This document shows positions 1 to 5,105 of a stretch of 23,166 bases of DNA, piece by piece. The stretch lies in IMG/VR virus record IMGVR_UViG_3300001487_000219, one strand, 5' to 3'. Position 1 is the first letter of the stretch; every line of letters begins with the position of its first letter. The notes under the pieces were generated by a model. That model was not told the origin of the DNA. It made no database searches and saw nothing but the letters and a program-made list of their open reading frames with translations. The position numbers and the translations under genes are program-made. This DNA is from a virus.

Positions 1-587
1 TGATAGTGCCAATTCATATCGACGTTTCCAGAAATTCCCTTTACTTTTCCTTTGCTAGAGTATTGATGATAAATACAATCATAATGAGGAACATCATTAT
101 AATCGGCAAGCCATATTATATATTTTTTTATTGTTGAAGCATCATACCAGTTTTTATAATAATCTTGGTTTAAATAAAATCCAGCTTTGTATCCTTGACT
201 TTCAATATAATCACAAAAGGCATTTGTAAAATCAATACAATTAGTTCTTGTTAATTTAATACCTTTCTTTTTGGCACTATTTACTGTATCATATTCAAAA
301 TCATAGAAAATAATAATATCTTTACCAAGGCCCGCCTCTTCAACGTTTTTAATGCAAGACTTAGCTTCTTTTATTGCGTCATTTTTATTTAATGCATACG
401 CAAAATGATATACGCCATGAATAGCAATGCCCGCATCTTTAAATTTTTTTACATTTGTTAAGAAATGCTTATCTATTGCTTGTCTATATCCCTATCTAAT
501 AATGACAAAATCTATCCCATCATCCTTAATTTTTTTAGCGTCTATATTTCCTTGCCATTGAGAAATATCTATACCTTTTAAAGTCAT
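1..587 (-). CDS. GH25-family lysozyme/muramidase (endolysin). The C-terminal part is cut by the window edge. It contains an in-frame TAG at 494-492 that must be read as sense
   Basis: The minus-strand ATG at 587-585 follows a GAAAGGAGATAAA ribosome-binding site. Translation gives MTLKGIDISQWQGNIDAKKIKDDGIDFVIIR[TAG]GYRQAIDKHFLTNVKKFKDAGIAIHGVYHFAY... The GIDISxWQG and FVII(K/R)xGY motifs are typical of glycoside hydrolase family 25. The frame stays open to position 1 with no other stop. Confidence 0.8.
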
Positions 588-620
588 TTTATCTCCTTTC
601 TAAAAAGAAAAACGGGAGAA

Positions 621-851
621 TTATTCTCCCGTTTCTTCTTGAGTATCTTCAATATCTTTTAATTCAGGCAATCCTGCTAGACTTGTCATAATTGATAAGA
701 TACCAGCTGTGCAAGCTACTGATCCTACATAGATCCAATCTACTTCTTTAAGCGCGGCTCCTACAGTAATCATAGAAGCAAAAGTCTGTGCAAATGTTTT
801 AATTGCACGAATACCAGCAGCTTTTAGCCATCTTTTATTTTTTTCACTCAT
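621..851 (-). CDS. Holin (two transmembrane helices and a charged C-terminal tail; resembles the TcdE/phage holin family)
   Basis: The 76-aa product is MSEKNKRWLKAAGIRAIKTFAQTFASMITVGAAL...WIYVGSVACTAGILSIMTSLAGL followed by an acidic tail, PELKDIEDTQEETGE. The gene lies immediately upstream of the lysozyme on the same strand. There is an AAAGGAGGTG ribosome-binding site, and the stop is TAA. Confidence 0.7.
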   Translation of the reverse strand: MSEKNKRWLKAAGIRAIKTFAQTFASMITVGAALKEVDWIYVGSVACTAGILSIMTSLAGLPELKDIEDTQEETGE

Positions 852-857
852 ACAAAT

Positions 858-900
858 AACACCTCCTTTTGTATATAATTAATATAAAAAAAGAGGTGTT
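858..900 (-). promoter_or_regulatory. Imperfect hairpin that can base-pair the holin Shine-Dalgarno sequence with an upstream anti-SD-like CACCTC element
   Basis: The plus strand has aacacctcctttt (858-870) and aaaaagaggtgtt (888-900), which form an inverted repeat with one mismatch and a loop of about 16 nt. On the minus-strand mRNA the 858-868 arm is the GGAGGTG ribosome-binding site of the holin ATG at 851. Confidence 0.3.
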
Positions 901-909
901 TATATTTAA

Positions 910-1332
910 TTATTCTGACCTTTTATATCTTTCTTTAATGATTTTTAAATAATTTTTATTTGCTTGCAATTCAGTATTAATTTTTAAAATCTCATCTTCA
1001 AGAGATAAAATATTAATACGATACTTTTTCGCAAGTACTTTAAGTCGTTCAATAGCGGCTTCGTTATCTGGGCAAAAATGTGAAAAATCTTTAATTGCAT
1101 CCTGAATAGTATTAAAGCGAATTTTTTCTCTTTTTAATTCTGTAGTATAGAAATCTCTAAATGCCTTTTTCTCTGCAATGCGGCAACCTAAAAATTTACT
1201 TTGGACTGATGTATCTTCGGGATGTACCTTTGCAACTCCTGTAAAATATCCAGATTTTGTTTTTATTACAACGGTAGAGACACCAGTGTCCGCGTCATAT
1301 GTTGATTTAAAAAGTTTTGCTGCCGTTCTCAT
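910..1332 (-). CDS. Hypothetical protein (140 aa, predicted coiled coil at the C-terminus)
   Basis: This is an intact ORF preceded by the ribosome-binding site AAGAAAGGA and terminated by TAA. I recognise no motif in it. Confidence 0.55.
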   Translation of the reverse strand: MRTAAKLFKSTYDADTGVSTVVIKTKSGYFTGVAKVHPEDTSVQSKFLGCRIAEKKAFRDFYTTELKREKIRFNTIQDAIKDFSHFCPDNEAAIERLKVLAKKYRINILSLEDEILKINTELQANKNYLKIIKERYKRSE

Positions 1333-1435
1333 GTTTAGTTCCTTTCTTCTTTCTAATAAAATCTCTAATAATAATAAAAGCCATTTCTACAAAAAGTGTA
1401 CTAAAAATACCTACTAGAACTGGATTTACCGTCAT
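1307..1435 (-). CDS. Possible small membrane peptide (42 aa) overlapping its neighbours
   Basis: Its ATG at 1435-1433 overlaps the TGA of the upstream phosphoesterase gene (ATGA). The product, MTVNPVLVGIFSTLFVEMAFIIIRDFIRKKKGTKHENGSKTF, has one hydrophobic helix and a basic tail. It overlaps the start of the 140-aa gene by 26 nt. It could be a spurious ORF. Confidence 0.2.
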   Translation of the reverse strand: MTVNPVLVGIFSTLFVEMAFIIIRDFIRKKKGTKHENGSKTF

Positions 1436-1974
1436 TTGTTTTTCTCCTTATATTTTTCAATATCTTTAATAATTTGTTCGATACTTACTGGTGTACAATT
1501 ATGAGCATCTACCGCTACATTATAAATACTATATTGCCCAAATTCAAATTTATTAGGGCTATGAGTATGTCCAGATAAATTCCAAAAGAAGCGTTCATCT
1601 TCAAAATTGCTTACAAAAGTAGGATAATGAGAAAGAAAAAATGCTTTTCTTTTATTGTATTTATATATTGAAGCGAAACCAAGATACGTCATATTATATT
1701 CTGTTTGATATTTATTAAGTTTATTTTTTGTATCATGGTTTCCCCAAATAACAATTTTTTCTCCGTTTAATACTTTATAAACCCTGTTCCATTCCTTTTC
1801 ATTTCCGCTCATACAAAGGTCGCCAAGAATGTATACAGTATCTTCTGGAGTAACAACACTATTCCATCTTTTAATAATTTCAGTATCATGTTCTTCTATT
1901 GAAGAGAAGCCGCGCGGCCGCCAAATAAAATCTTTGTCGTGGCCGATATGAAGGTCAGATGTAAAATAAATCAT
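1432..1974 (-). CDS. Calcineurin-like metallophosphoesterase (predicted 2',3'-phosphatase/phosphoesterase of an RNA repair set)
   Basis: The 180-aa product carries the ordered metallophosphoesterase motifs: DLHIGHD (DxH), LGDL (GD), GNHD and GHTH. The start codon lies 1 nt after the kinase TAA. Confidence 0.8.
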   Translation of the reverse strand: MIYFTSDLHIGHDKDFIWRPRGFSSIEEHDTEIIKRWNSVVTPEDTVYILGDLCMSGNEKEWNRVYKVLNGEKIVIWGNHDTKNKLNKYQTEYNMTYLGFASIYKYNKRKAFFLSHYPTFVSNFEDERFFWNLSGHTHSPNKFEFGQYSIYNVAVDAHNCTPVSIEQIIKDIEKYKEKNK

Positions 1975-1975
1975 A

Positions 1976-2467
1976 TTATTTCCTTTCTAAGAGATTCATA
2001 TTTATCCCATCAAAGGTATAGATATAATCAAATGGCTCATTATAAGTAGGAGGTTCTAGTCTAGTATACATATTATGAATTTCATGCGGAGGAACATAGG
2101 CCAAAGTGCCTTTTCTAGTGTCATTACGAGATAGACAAATCTCAAGAGGAATTTTAAAGTAAATTCCTATTATTATTGTTTTTGTCCTATCAATATGTAG
2201 AGCATGAAAAAGTTTGTAACGGCTTTTTAAATTTAAATGGGTGGCGTCTGCGATAACATCTTTCCCATCTGTAATATTTTCATTAATTTGTCGAATAAAT
2301 TCTTTATAGACTTGTTTTTCTTTAGAAAAATAATTGTCTTTTTTATCAATCAATGAAAATCTAATATCGTCTCTTGAGACATGGGTTATTCCTAATAAAT
2401 TCTTTTTAGCAAGGGTAGTTTTGCCTGAACCAGGAATACCCATAAAAACATATAAAATATTTTTCAT
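1976..2467 (-). CDS. pnk: Polynucleotide 5'-hydroxyl kinase, homologous to the T4 Pnk kinase domain (P-loop)
   Basis: GIPGSGKTTLAKK...HVSRDDIRFSL matches T4 Pnk GCPGSGKSTWAREF...NINRDDYRQSI. VIADATHLNLKSRYKLF matches VIISDTNLNPERRLAWETF. LSRNDTRKGTLAYVPPHEIHNMY matches [21 protein letters not shown]. The protein is 163 aa, so it is the kinase domain only. Confidence 0.8.
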   Translation of the reverse strand: MKNILYVFMGIPGSGKTTLAKKNLLGITHVSRDDIRFSLIDKKDNYFSKEKQVYKEFIRQINENITDGKDVIADATHLNLKSRYKLFHALHIDRTKTIIIGIYFKIPLEICLSRNDTRKGTLAYVPPHEIHNMYTRLEPPTYNEPFDYIYTFDGINMNLLERK

Positions 2468-2470
2468 AAT

Positions 2471-2986
2471 TTATCTCTGCCAATCAATCCAATCGTAAGG
2501 AATAGTTTGATTTTGTTCAGGAGTATACCAACGTCCTGAGCGACTTCTTATCTGCCATCTTCTTTCTGCGGTGCTATATCTTTCATTACGTGTTTCTAAA
2601 GTAGTTCCAAAAATATAACGAATACTATTGTCTTTATTTAGTTTTAGAGAAATCCATTTTCTATAGCCTCTTCTTACATAAAAATCATTGGTAATAAGCT
2701 GTCCCGTATAGCTTTCATATGCATACCAACGATTACCGCCATCTCGCAATCTAATTTTACCCTGTGTTAAACTGCCTCTTGGAGAACCAGGAATACTTGT
2801 TTTATGTCCGTAATACCAATGGCCTTCAAACTTAAAGTATCCGGTCATAAGTTTTCCATGTTTAAAAATATAAAGATTTCCTGATTCATCTCCGATGATT
2901 CCGTGGACAAGCTGCCGCTCTTTCATTTGTTCAAAAGTTACTCCAGTTTTCAAGCTATCCTTAGCATAAACTGGATTGGCCATCAA
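2471..2986 (-). CDS. Cell-wall (choline)-binding repeat protein. It is possibly secreted if translation starts at a non-AUG codon upstream (3028 or 3025)
   Basis: It contains repeats of the type GYFKFEGHWYYGHKTS and GGNRWYAYESYTGQ, which fit the GWxKxxGxWYY cell-wall-binding repeat. The in-frame upstream sequence (open back to a TAA) encodes I-I-K-R-L-F-T-I-F-F-I-A-I-V-L-M-A-N-P-V-Y-A, a textbook signal peptide. It has no ATG, GTG or TTG start; an AAAGGAG ribosome-binding site lies 5-8 nt upstream of ATT/ATA. Confidence 0.55.
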   Translation of the reverse strand: MMANPVYAKDSLKTGVTFEQMKERQLVHGIIGDESGNLYIFKHGKLMTGYFKFEGHWYYGHKTSIPGSPRGSLTQGKIRLRDGGNRWYAYESYTGQLITNDFYVRRGYRKWISLKLNKDNSIRYIFGTTLETRNERYSTAERRWQIRSRSGRWYTPEQNQTIPYDWIDWQR

Positions 2987-3058
2987 TACAATAGCAATGA
3001 AAAAAATAGTAAAAAGTCTTTTTATAATATTTGCTCCTTTATTTTATATTTTATATTT

Positions 3059-4282
3059 TTACTGATGAAACTTCAACAAGAACTCATTAGATACTGCCTT
3101 AAAAGATTGCACTCCATCTTCCGAGCGGAAAACAATACCTTCGCGCATATCTCCATCTACCTGAGAAGTATCGGTTGCATATTCTAGCAATTCGTCAACA
3201 GTATCAGGAAGAATGAATTTGCTATTGATAACTGGCACGCAAGGAATCCGGTAATAATCTTCAAGCAACTCTCTCATTTTAAGAGTATTGAATCTACCCT
3301 TATCAGATGTAATTAGGTTAAATGCCATAAAATCATGTCCATTCAGATGATAATCTCTCTTCTGTACTCCTGCCCCATAAGTTTCTCCCTGAATTGTAAT
3401 CCATTCTGCTTCAGGGAACAAACTCAACATTTCAGTTAGAACATGTTCAATATGGTATTTTTCTGCCATCTCGGTATAAATATTAGTTTCATAAAAGCAA
3501 GTTTTGTCAGGCTTATCAAAACAAACATTTCGAGAGCAAACATAGAACTCATTTTTGTGAGGCCATTTTCCTCTTTTGATAGTGAAAGTAGTTGAAGAAC
3601 CATCAATCTTTTCGGTTGCAATCCAAGGGTCCTTATTCTGAAGAATCCAAGGCATATTCTGTACTCTTTCTTCATCAGTTTTCTTTACCCAGGCAGGCCA
3701 ACCAGTTTTATCCCTTTTCTTTCCAAAGAAAATGAAAAGAAGTTTCTTTCCCCATTCCCGTTTCATAAGCCAGCGGAAAGGCTGTTTTGCAAAAAGTTTA
3801 CCATGACGCTGAGCCATTTTCTTATATTTATCTGCGGAAGGAGCTTTGCGGGCGTTATCTTCTGCGACATAATAAGTTACCCCAAGCTGTTTAGTGAGGA
3901 AACGAGAATCATTTCCAGCATTATGTTCAACCCCGTTAGAGTCATGAATAGAATAACCATAATTATGATTTTCTATTGTCCATCCGAAATTTGCGGCAGA
4001 AATAAGAAGTCCCTGAGAAATAGAACGGCACATTTTTTGAGTCTTTACGCGGTATTTCTTTTTCGCAAGAAAATCCATATTAATAAAAGGCTCTACTTCA
4101 GGAAGTTTTGAGTCAATTTCAAAGTAAATTGCAGGGTCGCCCGCTTTAAACTCTCCCTTTCCAACAACGATAGTCCATCCGCCCACATGAGCAAGTTCTA
4201 CTCTATCATATCCTTCGATAGGAGTAATATCGTCAATGGTTACAACATAAGCAAGTTCTCTTTCGTTATTTGCATTAAGCAT
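3059..4282 (-). CDS. ATP-dependent RNA ligase (covalent nucleotidyltransferase; the N-terminal extension before the NTase domain suggests an Rnl5-like architecture)
   Basis: The 407-aa product has motif I, ATEKIDGSS, with the lysine near residue 220. It also has the motif IV/V-like EGIVFR...KAVSNEFLLK. An N-terminal domain of about 200 aa (YVVTIDDITPIEGYDRVELAHVGGWTIVVGKGEFKAGD) precedes the catalytic lysine. Confidence 0.8.
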   Translation of the reverse strand: MLNANNERELAYVVTIDDITPIEGYDRVELAHVGGWTIVVGKGEFKAGDPAIYFEIDSKLPEVEPFINMDFLAKKKYRVKTQKMCRSISQGLLISAANFGWTIENHNYGYSIHDSNGVEHNAGNDSRFLTKQLGVTYYVAEDNARKAPSADKYKKMAQRHGKLFAKQPFRWLMKREWGKKLLFIFFGKKRDKTGWPAWVKKTDEERVQNMPWILQNKDPWIATEKIDGSSTTFTIKRGKWPHKNEFYVCSRNVCFDKPDKTCFYETNIYTEMAEKYHIEHVLTEMLSLFPEAEWITIQGETYGAGVQKRDYHLNGHDFMAFNLITSDKGRFNTLKMRELLEDYYRIPCVPVINSKFILPDTVDELLEYATDTSQVDGDMREGIVFRSEDGVQSFKAVSNEFLLKFHQ

Positions 4283-4445
4283 AGAAGAATCCTCCTTTCA
4301 TATCTTCATTATTAATAATTCTTTCAATAAAGAAAATTTTTTCTTTATCTGAAAGGAAATTACTTTTTAATATTTTTTTTATGTTATCTATTTGATATTC
4401 CATTCTGAGGTAATCCTCATTTTCATCTGGGTCAAACATTCCCAT
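4275..4445 (-). CDS. Small hypothetical ORF (56 aa) bridging the 86-aa gene and the RNA ligase
   Basis: MGMFDPDENEDYLRMEYQIDNIKKILKSNFLSDKEKIFFIERIINNEDMKGGFFYA. Its TAA overlaps the ligase ATG (ATGCTTAA). It is below the 60-aa cutoff of the ORF track. Confidence 0.25.
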   Translation of the reverse strand: MGMFDPDENEDYLRMEYQIDNIKKILKSNFLSDKEKIFFIERIINNEDMKGGFFYA

Positions 4446-4447
4446 AA

Positions 4448-4708
4448 TCAATCTTCCCTTTCTGTCAGTGTTGTAAATTCCTCAAGACGTAAACTTAAAA
4501 CATCGTCCTCAATATAAAAAATATCATTACCGTAAGTAGATTCATTCCAGGTTATGAACATAGTTAGAAGTTGGCCTACTCGCAAACTAGGGTGCTTATG
4601 ATGAAGTGCTTTAAAATCATCCCAAAAACTCATAATTTCTATGAATCTTTGAATACATGTATCTTCACTCTTGTTATTAATAGCATTAAGTCTCTTATTA
4701 TTTGTCAT
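4448..4708 (-). CDS. Hypothetical protein (86 aa)
   Basis: This is an intact ORF with a TGA stop. I recognise no motif in it. Confidence 0.5.
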   Translation of the reverse strand: MTNNKRLNAINNKSEDTCIQRFIEIMSFWDDFKALHHKHPSLRVGQLLTMFITWNESTYGNDIFYIEDDVLSLRLEEFTTLTERED

Positions 4709-4711
4709 TTC

Positions 4712-4825
4712 TTATTTCCTTATTAAATTTTTAATTAATGTTATTAATGCAATATCCAGCACAATTAAACATAGTATTAATGAGATAAAACTTGTTGCAA
4801 TAAAAATATTAAATAAAATATCCAT
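4712..4825 (-). CDS. Possible small hydrophobic peptide (37 aa, one transmembrane helix)
   Basis: MDILFNIFIATSFISLILCLIVLDIALITLIKNLIRK is tightly packed between the 65-aa and 86-aa genes. It could be spurious. Confidence 0.2.
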   Translation of the reverse strand: MDILFNIFIATSFISLILCLIVLDIALITLIKNLIRK

Positions 4826-4828
4826 TTT

Positions 4829-5026
4829 TTATCCTATCGGCATACCTAAACTTTTAAATTTAATTTTTTCAAAAATTTCTGCAATCCATGTCGCTTGAAC
4901 CATACCATTTTCTACTGGATACTTTTTTAATTCTTTATAAAAATCCTCGATATAAATAGCTTCTGTAGGTCGTTTTTTCCATTCTCCATAAAAATCATTT
5001 TTCATTTTTTCATTTCCTTTTCTCAT
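4829..5026 (-). CDS. Hypothetical protein (65 aa, or 58 aa if translation starts at the second ATG, which has a better AAAGGAA ribosome-binding site)
   Basis: The ORF has a TAA stop. The first ATG at 5026 lacks a ribosome-binding site; the ATG at 5005 has one. Confidence 0.45.
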   Translation of the reverse strand: MRKGNEKMKNDFYGEWKKRPTEAIYIEDFYKELKKYPVENGMVQATWIAEIFEKIKFKSLGMPIG

Positions 5027-5055
5027 TTCTTATAAATAAATTTTATCAAAAATTT

Positions 5056-5097
5056 ATAAAAAAAGCAAGAAAAATTGTTTGACCAATTTTTCTTGCT
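5056..5097 (-). terminator. Intrinsic terminator immediately after the MVP-like gene
   Basis: A perfect 14-bp stem, agcaagaaaaattg (5064-5077) paired with caatttttcttgct (5084-5097), has a 6-nt loop. On the minus-strand transcript it is followed by a U-run (TTTTTTTA). Confidence 0.65.
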
Positions 5098-5105
5098 TAT
5101 AAAAA

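Noticed and set aside
3436-4111. ORFs 3436-3675 (-) and 3803-4111 (+) within the RNA ligase gene
   Set aside because: They are out-of-frame or antisense overlaps of the ligase CDS with hydrophobic junk translations.
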